Source: an uncultured Chloroflexia bacterium (GTDB lineage Bacteria; Chloroflexota; Limnocylindria; Limnocylindrales; CSP1-4). From it: a stretch of 64,000 nt of DNA. The notes below the pieces were generated by a model, which saw only the letters and a list, made by a program, of their open reading frames with translations, did not search any database and was not told the DNA's origin. Numbering within the stretch: position 1 is the stretch's first letter; every line of letters starts with the position of its first letter. Position numbers and translations under genes: made by a program. The stretch covers positions 619,257-683,256 of the forward strand of contig CAWBMD010000002.1 of assembly GCA_963789865.1 (NCBI GenBank), written 5' to 3'. Shown piece after piece: positions 19,036-29,189 of the stretch.

Positions 19036-20132
19036 TCAGCCCCCGACCTTCAGCGTGCCGGTCATGTTCGGGTGCACCGAGCAGACGAACGTGTAGGCGC
19101 CGGCGGCCAGGGCCGGGACGTTGTACGTGGTCTTGGCGGGCCCGGTGATGATGTCGCCCTTGAACACGCGTCTGGCCGTTCGCGTCCTTGATCTCGATGT
19201 TGTGCGGGATGCCGCTGTCCTGGTTGTCGAACGTCGATCTGGAAGGCGGCGTCGGCGGGAGCGCTGCAGGGCCGGGGTGCCGAACGCGATGTTGAGCGCC
19301 GCCTGGTTGAGCGACGGCGCCGCCGGGCGCGGGCGAGGCGCCGGGGCGACCCGAGGCGCCGGGGCGCCGGAGGCACCCGGGGCGCCGGACGCCGCCGGGC
19401 GTGGTGAACTCGTCCGACCAGCAGGCCGGGTAGGGCGTGGCGCCCGGCGCCGGCTGTGTAGGCCGGGTCCACCCAGCCCTGGAACGTCTTCTCCTTGCCC
19501 GTGACCTTGTCGATGACCGGCTCGAACAGGCCGGGATCCAGGACGCGGTAGGTGCTGGTCTTCTCGGCCCGGATGAACGCGATCAGGTTGTCGATCTGCT
19601 TGTAGTTGAGCGGGCCCGGCCGGGTTCCCGGTGTTCGACCAGACGGGCATGATGCTGTTCGGGTTGCCGCAGGCGTACCGGCCGCCCACCTGGAGCATGT
19701 TCCGGATGTAGTCCGGGTTCAGGTGCGCGAACAGCTTCTCCTGGCTGTTCAGCATCGGGCCCTTGCCGCCCTCGCCGTTGACGCCGTGGCACTGGGCGCA
19801 GTTGGCCTGGTAGATGTTGTAGCCGCGCTCGACGGCCGTGACCTGCTGCTGCTCGCGCGGCGGCCTCCAGGCGCGCCTGCGGACAGCCCGCCCGGCAGGC
19901 CGACCTCGTAGAAGTAGTAGACGATGACGAACAGGGCGACGATCGTGACGGCGAGGAAGCCCACCCAGCGCGCGCTCGCGGACTGGCGGACGATCTTCGC
20001 GGCGCGCTCGGGCGTCAGGTCGTTGCGGTGGGCCGACGGCGGCGCCGAGAAGCGCTCGGCCGGCACCGGGGCGGACGACGGCCGCGGAGCGGGCAGGCGC
20101 TCCTCGGGCGGGCGGCCGGTCTGGTCGGTCAT
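19036..20132 (-). pseudogene. Membrane-anchored monohaem cytochrome c fused to an amicyanin-like type-1 copper (cupredoxin) domain; several frameshifts in this sequence
   Basis: TM anchor WVGFLAVTIVALFVIVYYFY (ORF 19749..20132). Haem motif NCAQCHGVNGEGG upstream in the frame of ORF 19036..19755. Cupredoxin FQIDFDNQDSGIPHNIEIKD (pieced across frames) and the C-terminal YTFVCSVHPNMTGTLKVGG (Cys-x2-His-x2-Met). Confidence 0.75.
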
Positions 20133-20174
20133 CGGTCTCCTCGATGGGGGGACGTGCTGCGGGTCATGGGCGGG

Positions 20175-20851
20175 TCAGATGCACCCGGTGGGCGTGAGCG
20201 GCGGGATGATGCCCGGCTGGCCGACCGCGATGGGCAGCGGGCCGAGCGTGATCTTCCCGGTGTTGATCGTGAGGACGCCGGCGGAGTCGACCGTGGTCGC
20301 GAAGCGGTCCATGCCGCGCGGCGCGGGCCCGTACGTCGGACCGGCGGCCTTGATGCCGAGCCGGTCGTAGCGCGACCCGTGGCAGGGGCACTCCATCCAG
20401 AAGTTCTTCAGGCACGGGTTGGGCTTGCAGCCGAGGTGCGGGCAGCGCTGGTAGAGCGCGCGGACGTTGACGGCGGTGCCGTCGCCGGTGAGGTCCGTCG
20501 CCCTCGATGAACCGCTGCTGGGACGGGTCCACCAGCACGACGAACGCCTTCGCGGACGAGACGTACGCCGGGAAGCCCTGGTTGATCGGCAGCGTGGAGT
20601 TCGCCGCTCATGATCTCGTCCAGCGTGCCGACGCGGACGAGGCCGCCGAACTTGCCCGCGAGGTTCGGCCACAGGAAGCCGATGGTGCCGGCGGTCACCT
20701 CGAGCAGCCAGAGGCCCATGCCCGCGGCGAGCGATCCCCGGAGGAGCTCGCGCCGGGAGATCCCCTGGACCTGCTCGTGGCGGATGGCCTTGAGGGCCTC
20801 CGTGGTCAGCGCCTGCGGCTTGCTGGCCGGCTCGACCTGGTAGTTGCTCAT
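20175..20851 (-). pseudogene. Rieske [2Fe-2S] subunit with Tat signal; two frameshifts in this sequence
   Basis: ORF 20408..20851 (..ISRRELLRGSLAAGMGLWLL..) joins ORF 20164..20538 (VLVDPSQQRFIEG) and then ORF 20175..20672 (CPHLGC..CPCHGSRYD). Junctions are near 20600 and 20505. Confidence 0.85.
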
Positions 20852-20870
20852 GCGCTCGGATCCCTTCCGA

Positions 20871-21494
20871 TCAGAGGGCGAAGTGGAAGCCCGGCGTCCC
20901 GATCGAGAAGAACTCGAGGTACGGGATGACGAACGAGTAGCCGGGGCCCCGGAAGAAGATCCCGACGAAGGTGACGAACAGGCCCAGCGTGCAGAACAGC
21001 GAGAACAGGACGACGGCGGTCTTCCGGTCCGAGGGCCGGATGGCGCGGATGTCGCCGCGGTCGATGAACGGCATCAGGGCGGCGCCGACCAGCACGAACG
21101 TCGGGACGAGCACGCCGGCGACGGTCGGGTGGAAGTAGGCCAGCAGCTCCTGGAGGCCCAGGAAGTACCAGGGGGCCTTGGCGACCGCCGGCGTGATGTT
21201 GCCGTTGGCCAGGTCCTCGAGCGGCGCGTTCACGAACAGGCCCATGAGGAGCAGGAAGATGCTCATCAGCGCCGCGGCCATGAACTCGATCGTGAGCAGG
21301 TGCGGCCAGGTCATGACCGTGTCGTCGGGTTCCTTCTGGACCCGGACGACCGCGTCCTGCTTGACCAGCGCCAGCAGGCGGTACGGGCGCGCCGACATCG
21401 GCACGCGCTGCTTGTCGATCTCGGTGCGCCGCGTCGGGTCGACGGGCAGGACCACGCGGCCCTCGGGCGGCGCCTTGGTCTCGGTGTCAGCCAT
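20871..21494 (-). CDS. Cytochrome b C-terminal domain protein (b6f subunit IV-like)
   Basis: Intact ORF with ..[16 protein letters not shown].. and three TM helices. Confidence 0.85.
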   Translation of the reverse strand: MADTETKAPPEGRVVLPVDPTRRTEIDKQRVPMSARPYRLLALVKQDAVVRVQKEPDDTVMTWPHLLTIEFMAAALMSIFLLLMGLFVNAPLEDLANGNITPAVAKAPWYFLGLQELLAYFHPTVAGVLVPTFVLVGAALMPFIDRGDIRAIRPSDRKTAVVLFSLFCTLGLFVTFVGIFFRGPGYSFVIPYLEFFSIGTPGFHFAL

Positions 21495-21512
21495 CGGTCG
21501 TCGTTCCTCGGC

Positions 21513-22242
21513 TCAGAGCGGGCCGCTGATCCCGCCGTCCTTCCGGATCCGCCAGAAGTGGACGGCCAGGAAGATCGCGGCGACCAGCGGGAACACCATG
21601 ATGTGGAGCACGTAGAACCGCAGCAGCGTGTTCTGGCCCACCTCGATGCCGCCCAGCAGGAGCAGCTTGGACGGCGTGTTGAACAGCGGCGCGTAGCCGG
21701 CCATGTTGGTGCCGATCGTGATGGCCCAGTACGCGATCTGGTCCCACGGGCAGCAGGTAGCCGGTGAAGCTGAGCATGATCGTCAGGAACAGGAGGACCA
21801 CCCCGACGACCCAGTTGAACTCGCGCGGCGGCTTGTAGGCCCCGTGGTAGAAGACCCGCATCATGTGCAGGAACACGAAGAACACCATGAGGTGGGCGGC
21901 CCACCGGTGGATGTTCCGTGTCAGCAGGCCGAAGACCACGCGGCTCTGGATGTCCAGGATGTTCGAGTAGGCCTGTGTCTCCGACGGGATGTAGAAGAAC
22001 ATCAGGTAGACGCCGGTGACCGTCAGCACGAGGAACAGGAAGAAGCTGAGGCCGCCGAGGCAGAACGTGTAGGCGAACTTGACCGCGTGCTGCCTGACCC
22101 GCACCGGGTGCAGGTGCAGGAACACGTTGTTCATGACCGCGTACGCCCGCGACCGCTCGTCGTCGGGGTACGGGTTGCGGAAGATCGACCGCCAGACGGG
22201 GCTCCGCCTGATGGTCTGGTCGACCCGCTCGAGGAAACTCAC
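21513..22242 (-). pseudogene. Cytochrome b6-type (N-terminal dihaem cytochrome b domain); one frameshift in this sequence
   Basis: ORF 21487..22242 (..[30 protein letters not shown]) continues in the frame of ORF 21513..21704 ([31 protein letters not shown]). There is an extra base in the run 21748-21750. Confidence 0.85.
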
Positions 22243-24076
22243 CGGGCTCCTCCTGCCACGCCGGCCGTCCCGGCGAGTTGTGCATCACGATACGACTCCT
22301 TGTAGAGCCGCCCGTCGCTCGAGATCTCCTGGAGCTCGAACCTCTCCATGGTGATGGCATCGAAGGGGCACCGCTTCACGCACAGGGCGCAGCGGATGCA
22401 CCGCTCCTCGTCGAGGATCATGGCCGCACCCTGCGACCAGCCGTAGGCCTCCTCGATCTCGGGCAGCAGGCCCTCGGTCTTGAGCTGGTTCACGTCCACC
22501 ATGTGGATGACCCCCTCCGGGCACACGTCGGCGCAGGCGCCGCAGAGCACGCACCGGAACGGGTCGAACCAGATGTTGTAGTTGCACATCAGGCAGCGCG
22601 TGGACTCGGCCACCGCCGCCGTTGCGTCGTAGCCCAGCTCCACCGGGGTGGTGAAGTTGACCGCCGGGTCCGTGGACGGCATCCGCGCCGGCAGGTCCAC
22701 CATCGGGATGTGCTGCCGCGGCAGGACGTCGTACAGCTCCGGCATGTCGTGGCGCCAGGAGCTGGTGATCTTCACGTTCGGGGTGACGGTCACGTCCGTC
22801 CGGCCGTCGAGGTAGCGGTCGATCGCGTAGGCGGCCTTCTTGCCGTGGCCGGCCGACTCGATCAGGGTGGTGGGGCCGGTCACGAAGTCGCCGCAGGCGA
22901 ACACGCCGCGGATGTTGGTGGCGTAGGTCGCCGGGTCCACCTTGAGCCGCCCGCGGTTGACCTCGAAGCTCGCCTCCACGGGCAGGAACGAGAGGTCCGC
23001 GGCCTGGGAGACGGCCGGGATGACCGTGTCCGCCGGCACGACGAACTCGGAGCCCTCGATGGGCACCGGCGAGCGGCGGCCCGAGGCGTCCGGCTCGCCC
23101 AGCTTGTTGCGGATGAACCGCACGCCGGTGAGCCTGCCGTCCTCGCCGATCAGCTCGATCGGGCTGACCAGGAAGTCGAGGGTCACGCCCTCGCGCTCGG
23201 TCTCGCCCAGCTCCTCCTCGTCCACGACCAGCTCGGACCGCGTGCGCCGGTAGGCGATCGTGACGTGCTCGGCGCCGTGGCGGAGGCTGGTGCGCGAGCA
23301 GTCCATCGCCGTGTAGCCGCCGCCGATGACGACGACGTGCCGGCCGACCGACAGCTCCTGGCCGAGGTTCGCCTTCTTCATGAAGTCGATGCCGTACTGG
23401 ACGCCCTCGAGGTCCGCGCCGGGCAGGTCCAGGTAGACCGGGTTCATCGCGCCCGCGCGTGATCGCGATCGCGTCGAAGTCCCGCTGCAGGTCCGCGAAC
23501 GGGATGTCGACGCCGATGGTGGTGTCGAACTGGAACGTGACGCCCAGGCGCTCGACCAGGCGGACGTCCATCTCGATCGCCTCGCGCGGCAGGCGGAACG
23601 CCGGCACGCCCGATGAGCATCGTGCCGCCGCCGTACGGCAGGCTGTCGTAGACGGTGACCTGGTAGCCGCGCGTCGCGAGCTCCCGCGAGACGGCGAGAC
23701 CGGCCGGGCCGGCGCCGACCACCGCGACCCGCTCGGCGCGGGGCGTGATCGCGGGCATGACGTCCGGGATGCCCGACGCCTCGTGCCACTCGACGAGGAA
23801 CCGCTTCATGGCGCGGATCGCGAGCGGGCGGTCGATGTCGCCGCGGCGGCAGGCGCGCTCGCACGGGGCCGAGCAGACGTAGGAGCACATCGCCGCGACG
23901 GGATTGGGCTCGCGGGCGAGGATGTACCCCTCCTCGAACCGGCCTTCGGCGGCGAGGTTGAGGTAGCCCCGGCAGTTGGTGCCGACGGGGCAGGCCTCCT
24001 GGCACTCGATGTTGCACTGGAGCCAGGAGGCGTCGACCGGCTGGACGAGGAACTCCTGGGTCTGGTCGAGGGTCAC
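22239..24076 (-). pseudogene. GltD-like FAD/NAD(P)H oxidoreductase with N-terminal Fe-S cysteine clusters and a C-terminal 2x[4Fe-4S] ferredoxin domain; two frameshifts in this sequence
   Basis: GTG 24076: VTLDQTQEF..CNIECQEACPVGTNC..CSYVCSAPCERAC..VAVVGAGPAGLA (ORF 23444..24304). Then VPAFRLPREAIE (ORF 22285..23607). Then VVVIGGGYTAMDC..FACGDF..CLMCNYN..CVLCGACADVCP..CIRCALCVKRCP (ORF 22239..24182). The stop overlaps the cyt b6 start. Confidence 0.8.
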
Positions 24077-24355
24077 GAAGGGGACACGCCTCTTCTGCGG
24101 GGGGCACGGCAGGGCGACGGGAGACCGACGGCGGGATGGCCGCCGACCCGCGGAATGTACCAAGCCCGGGCCACCCGTGCACAGCGATCGGCGCCGATCG
24201 ACGCCTCGAGGCATGACGAGGGGCCGATCGCCCGCCCCGACCGCCGAATGGCGTCGCCCGGGTCGGCGATACGGCGCCCGGGGCGTCGCCACCGGGCTCG
24301 GCAAATCGGATGGCCCGGGCGCGCGCGCCCTGCGCGCGCGACCTGCGCGCGCGAG

Positions 24356-24384
24356 TTGACGTGGGCAGCGAGCGCAGCTACGCT
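24356..24384 (+). promoter_or_regulatory. Sigma70-like promoter candidate TTGACG-N17-TACGCT
   Basis: Read directly. It lies about 43 nt upstream of the GTG 24427 start and is preceded by the direct repeat CTGCGCGCGCGA x2 (24329-24355). Confidence 0.35.
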
Positions 24385-24426
24385 GGCGGCATCGCCGACC
24401 CGGTCCCGGGTCCGCAAGGGAGAACC

Positions 24427-26325
24427 GTGAACTCGTCCGAGATCGCCTTCCTGGCCCTCGGCCTCGTCCTCGGCGGCGCGCTCGGCGCGGCGTTCCTGGC
24501 GGCCGTCCGGACCCGCCCCGCCCGCCCGGCGCGAGGTCCGGATCACGATCACCCCGAACGCGATCGGCGGCCGCAGGTCCGCCACCCTGTCCGACGCGAT
24601 GGGCGGGCCCGCCTATCGTCGGCCGATCGGGTCGCCGGACGATGACGCCTGGCCGGACCGTCCGGACACGATTCCGGCGGTCGCGGTCGCGGTCGCGGTC
24701 CCGTCATCGTCCGCTTCGGCTGACCTCGACATGCGTACACGCGTTCCATTTGCCCCGGCCCATGTGGCCGCCCGTGCCGTGCCGCCGGCGATCGACACGG
24801 GTCCGGCCACCGCCGTCGCAGCGGGCGTCACGGTCGACACGTTCCGCAGCCCCGGTCTCGCGACGCTGCCGTCCGCCTCGGCCGACCGCGCGGCGCCGGC
24901 CGAGGCCGTGTCGGCCCGGTCGGCGGTCGGGGTGGCCGAACGACCCGCGGCGCGTCGCGGTCGCGGTCGCCGAGCCCCGCACGCCGGCCGCCGTCCTGGA
25001 CATCGGGGCGTCGTCGGAACGGCTGGTCCGGCCGCGACTCCCGGCGGAGGATGCCCGGCCGACCCTCGCGGAAGCTGCAGTCGCGGTCGCCCTCGCGCAG
25101 GACGGTGGCGACGCGGGAGCCGCGCCGGACGCGTCACCGATTGAGCCGGCGACCGGCGCTCCCCGTGCGGCCTCCACGAGCGGGCCGGCGGACCCGTGCG
25201 GGGCCTCACGCGCGGCGATGGACGAGCGATGTACGACGGCCACCGGCATGCGCGAACGGTCCCGGGCCGCGGCAACCGCCGCCCGGGACGCCCAGCGGGC
25301 GTACGAGGTGCTCGGCGACGAGGTCGACCGGGCACGGGAGCTGTCCGATCCCAGGACGATCGCGGCGACGAAGACGGCCCTGCGGGACCAGTTCCGCGTG
25401 GAGGAAGGGGCGGCGAAGACCCCAGACGAATCCGAGTCGGCCGCACGCCGGTGGCTCCAGAGCATCAACGAGGCGAACGAGGCCGTTCGGGCGGCTCGCC
25501 GCCTCATGGAGGCGGGTGCGGCGGAGCTGCGCGATCGCGCGCTCGAGGTCGATCGTCTCGCGCTGGATGCCGACGCGGCCCGGATCTCCGCGGAAGGAGC
25601 CGACGAGGCGTGCCGGGTGGCGCGCGACGAGCTTGCGCGGTGCGAGGAGGAGGTCGCCGCGAACGCCCCCGCCCCGGTTCCCGCGGAACCGCATCCATTC
25701 GCCGGCGTCTGGCCGACCGAGGAGGACCTGACGCCCATCCGGCCGACGCAGGGTGCGCCCGCAGACTCTCTCGCCGGGCAGTCGGCGATCCTGAAGCTGG
25801 TGCGCGGTGATCGGGCGGCCCTGGACCATGTCGTCGCCGCCGTGGCCGGCACGGACGCGGCGGCCGTCGCCGACTGGCAGATCCGGATCACGGCGCTCTC
25901 GGACGCGATCGTCGCGCGCGCCATCGAGGCGGGCTACCTGACCCTGCCGGACGGCCATCCGTTCTGGGGGCTGTTCTCGGACAAGGAGCAGCGCGAGATC
26001 ATCGAGGCGCTGTCCGCGCTCGGCTTCCGCTTCGATGGACTGGGCGGGTTCGCCGACGGAAGGGTGCCGGCGACGCGGGACCTGTCGCTCGCGGTCGGCT
26101 ACGCCGGCCTCGACCGGATGCGGATCCGGACCTGGCCGCGGGATGCGGAGATCACCGCGCTCTACTCGGAAGCGTCCGTGGCCGCGGACGCATGGCTGAT
26201 CTGGGCGGCGAACGACCTCGAGCTCGGTCCCCTGACCGAGCGCCCTGGGGCCGCGCGCCGTGGAGCTGGGACCGATCTGGGACGCGTGGGGCCGGGTCCG
26301 CCCCGCGCTGGTCGCCCCCGTCTGA
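24427..26325 (+). pseudogene. Hypothetical membrane-anchored protein (N-terminal TM, Ala/Pro-rich region, coiled coil, conserved-looking C-terminal globular domain); frameshifted in this sequence
   Basis: AAGGGAG RBS followed by the GTG: VNSSEIAFLALGLVLGGALGAAFLAAV (ORF 24310..24645). The body is in ORFs 24599..25144 and 24642..26705 (..RAYEVLGDEVDRARELS.. ..HPFWGLFSDKEQREIIEALSALGFRFDG..). The end is reconstructed as ..ELGPIWDAWGRVRPALVAPV* with TGA 26323-26325. Confidence 0.55.
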
Positions 26326-26353
26326 CCCAGCCGTCCCGAGAGGACCCGCCTGG

Positions 26354-27169
26354 TCAATCTCCCTCGGCCTGCGCGCCGTCGGTGTCCGGTGGGGTCCCGT
26401 GCGTCGGGCCTTCCTCGTCGTCGGCCTCGATCACGATCACGCGGAACGCCTCGGCGGCGGCCACGCCGATCGGCTCGCCCTCCTCGCGCGCCCACTCGCG
26501 GATCCGTGTCTCGAGACTCTCCGGGTGCCGGATCTGGGAGGCATGCGCACGCAGGGCGTCGAGCTTGCGATCGATCGTCGGGGTGACGTCGACCCACGCG
26601 GACGCGTGGTTGGACCAGAAGAGGTACAGCCGGCGGACGACGTGCGGTGCCAGCCCGTCGCGGGCCAGCCAGGGGAACGACATCGCGTTGCGTGCCGCCG
26701 GGTAGACCGCATCGACCGCCGCGATGCCGGCGGTCCGGTGGTCGGCGTGGTTCACGCCCCCGTCCCGGTGGAAGATCGTCTCCGGGTCCACGGCCAGGAC
26801 CGCGTCGGGCCGGAACGTGCGGATCTCCCGGACCAGGTGCTCGCGGAGCGCGAGGTCGTTGGCCAGGGCGCCGTCGGGCTGGTGGAGGTAGGTCACGCCC
26901 TCGTAACCGACGATCGTCGCGGCGGCTCGCTGCTCGGTCTCGCGCACGGCGGCGAGCTCGAGCGGGTCCGTCTGCCAGTCATCGGCGCCCGCGTCACCGC
27001 TGGTGCAGCAGACGAGCCAGGCCGTCGAGCCGTCGTCGATCCAGCGGGCCGCCGTGGCCGCCGGCCCGAAGTCGGCGTCGTCCGGGTGCGCGACGATGAC
27101 CATGAATCGTTCTGGGCGCCAGGCGTGAGCGTGACGGCCGGCTGTCTCGGGCAACTTGCTGAACCTCAC
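26354..27169 (-). CDS. PIG-L family deacetylase (LmbE/MshB-like)
   Basis: VIVAHPDDADFG, HADH and HASQ motifs. Intact ORF. Confidence 0.8.
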   Translation of the reverse strand: MRFSKLPETAGRHAHAWRPERFMVIVAHPDDADFGPAATAARWIDDGSTAWLVCCTSGDAGADDWQTDPLELAAVRETEQRAAATIVGYEGVTYLHQPDGALANDLALREHLVREIRTFRPDAVLAVDPETIFHRDGGVNHADHRTAGIAAVDAVYPAARNAMSFPWLARDGLAPHVVRRLYLFWSNHASAWVDVTPTIDRKLDALRAHASQIRHPESLETRIREWAREEGEPIGVAAAEAFRVIVIEADDEEGPTHGTPPDTDGAQAEGD

Positions 27170-27293
27170 GGGTCTGGTTTGCGGAGGAGGAAGCGGTGTC
27201 CGGCGTTGCCACCGGACTGCAACCTTGTGCTAGATTTCCTGGCGAGGCTTCGCTCGTCTCCCCCCACGGGCGAAGCCTTTTCTGATGCCCGGG

Positions 27294-27794
27294 TCAGCCT
27301 CCCGGCGACGCGAGCCCTCCTGCGGCGTGCGCCTCGCGGATGGCCGCAAGCACGTCTGCAGCGTGTCCCTCCGCCTTCACCTGCGGCCAGGCGGCGGCGA
27401 CGCGTCCATCGGGCCCCACGAGGAAGCTCGAGCGGACGATCCCCATGAACGTCCTGCCGTCTTTCGTCTTCTCCCGCCACGCCCCGTACGCCTCGGCCAC
27501 CGCGTGGTCCTCGTCGGACAGGAGCGTGAACGGGAGGCCGAACTTGGCCCGGAAGGCGGCGTGGCTGGTGGAGCCGTCCGGGCTCACGCCCCACACGGCG
27601 GCGTCCAGCCCGGTGATGTCGGCATGGAGGTCCCGGAACTCGCAGGCCTCGGTGGTGCAGCCTGGCGTGTCGTCCTCGGGGTAGAAGTAGACGACGGTCC
27701 ACGCACCGCGGCGCTCGGCCAGGCGATGAATGGTGCCGTGCTCGTCGGGGAGTGCGACCTCGGGAGCCGGGTCGCCGACCATGGGCGTGCTCAT
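27294..27794 (-). CDS. bcp: Thioredoxin-dependent peroxiredoxin Bcp
   Basis: VVYFYPEDDTPGCTTEAC plus FTLLSDEDH. Intact ORF. Confidence 0.9.
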   Translation of the reverse strand: MSTPMVGDPAPEVALPDEHGTIHRLAERRGAWTVVYFYPEDDTPGCTTEACEFRDLHADITGLDAAVWGVSPDGSTSHAAFRAKFGLPFTLLSDEDHAVAEAYGAWREKTKDGRTFMGIVRSSFLVGPDGRVAAAWPQVKAEGHAADVLAAIREAHAAGGLASPGG

Positions 27795-28534
27795 GCCCGG
27801 GAGGATAACCTCGCCGGCGGAAGCGCGGTCTCAACCACCAGGAGCCGGCCGGACCGGACCGTGACCGAGGCGTCCGAGGCCTCCCGGACGTTGGACAGCC
27901 CGCGCGCGGGCCCGGTGGTCAGCGGCTCGTCCCGGAGCGGGTACGCGAGGCCGCGTGTCGTGATCCCGGCGACGTCGCCCCCGAAGGGCAGCAGCGTGAT
28001 CGTCGCGCCGATCGTGCCCGGCAGGGCACGGGTCACCGGCTCGCCGCCGGGTCCGGGAGCCCGCACGAGGAAGACCCGGGAACCGGCGTCGATCAGGTCG
28101 ACGGTGGCCGACGCGAGCGCCGGGTGGGCGAGGAGCCACAGGTTGGCGAGAGCATGATCCAGACGCGGGCCGCCGAACGCGCCGAGCACCGTGATCCGCG
28201 TCGCGCCCCGGGCGAGCGCTTCGAGCAGGGCCAGCTCGGCGTCCGACTCGTCCTTGTCGGCACGGGCACGCCGCACCGGGATTCCCTCGGTCTCCGCCGC
28301 CGCCACGAGGTCCGGGGACAGCGAGTCGAGATCGCCCACCAGGACGTCGGGCCGCAGCCCGAGGATCCGGGCCCTGGCGAGCCCGCCGTCGGCCGCGACC
28401 ACGTCCACGACGTCCGCGTCCCAGCCGGGCCACGCGGCATCGAGCGCCGCTCGCACGGGCACGTCGCCGTCCGCCACCACGAGGGCATGGCGTCCGGCCG
28501 ATTCGACGGGGTCGCGGGGTGTCGTCATCGCCAT
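27791..28534 (-). CDS. Thiamine pyrophosphokinase
   Basis: Tail of ORF 27791..29452 from MAMTTPRD (alternative start 28528). Motifs VGDLDSL, KDESDAELAL and the C-terminal thiamine-binding module. The stop overlaps the bcp start. Confidence 0.8.
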   Translation of the reverse strand: MAMTTPRDPVESAGRHALVVADGDVPVRAALDAAWPGWDADVVDVVAADGGLARARILGLRPDVLVGDLDSLSPDLVAAAETEGIPVRRARADKDESDAELALLEALARGATRITVLGAFGGPRLDHALANLWLLAHPALASATVDLIDAGSRVFLVRAPGPGGEPVTRALPGTIGATITLLPFGGDVAGITTRGLAYPLRDEPLTTGPARGLSNVREASDASVTVRSGRLLVVETALPPARLSSRA

Positions 28535-28598
28535 CGGGCAGGATCGTACCGGGTCGCCGGTGCGGTCGGCCGTGCACGCGTCGTGTAGACTCGCAGCC

Positions 28599-29174
28599 GT
28601 GCCCGACACTCCCCTCCCCGCACCGACGCAGCGTGTCGTGGATGCCGCCGCCCGCAAGGGCGTGACGCTCGACGTGCACCTCTTCGCGGAGTCCACCCAC
28701 ACCGCCGAGGACGCGGCGGCGACCGTCGGGGCCGAGCTCGGCCAGATCGTGAAGTCGCTGGTGTTCGTCGCGCCGACCGACGCCGGCGGCCTTGAGCCGA
28801 TCCTGTGCCTCGTGTCCGGACCGAACCGCGTGGATCTCGCCCGCCTGGCGGCGGTCACGGGCGAGGCCGACATCCGGCGGGCCAACGCGGACGAGGTGAA
28901 GGAGCTGACCGGCTTCAGCATCGGCGGGATCCCGCCCATCGGCCACGGACGCTCGATCCGCGTCGTCATGGATCCCGACCTCGGGCGCTTCCAGGTGGTC
29001 TGGGCCGCCGCCGGGACACCAACCGCGGTGTTCCCCGTGGCACCGGCAACCCTGCGGATGCTATCCAACGCGCACGTCGCCCCGATCTGCGAGGAGCGCC
29101 GCCAGGCCGACGTCCTTGCCGAGAGCGCGGGCTTCGGGGGACCGGCAGCCGCGCCCCAGAACGCCGGCGCCTGA
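28599..29174 (+). CDS. YbaK/EbsC-type aminoacyl-tRNA editing (deacylase) domain protein
   Basis: GTG 28599 in ORF 28191..29174: ..IVKSLVFV.. ..TGFSIGGIPPIGH... Confidence 0.8.
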   Translation: MPDTPLPAPTQRVVDAAARKGVTLDVHLFAESTHTAEDAAATVGAELGQIVKSLVFVAPTDAGGLEPILCLVSGPNRVDLARLAAVTGEADIRRANADEVKELTGFSIGGIPPIGHGRSIRVVMDPDLGRFQVVWAAAGTPTAVFPVAPATLRMLSNAHVAPICEERRQADVLAESAGFGGPAAAPQNAGA

Positions 29175-29189
29175 TCCGGACCATCCCCG

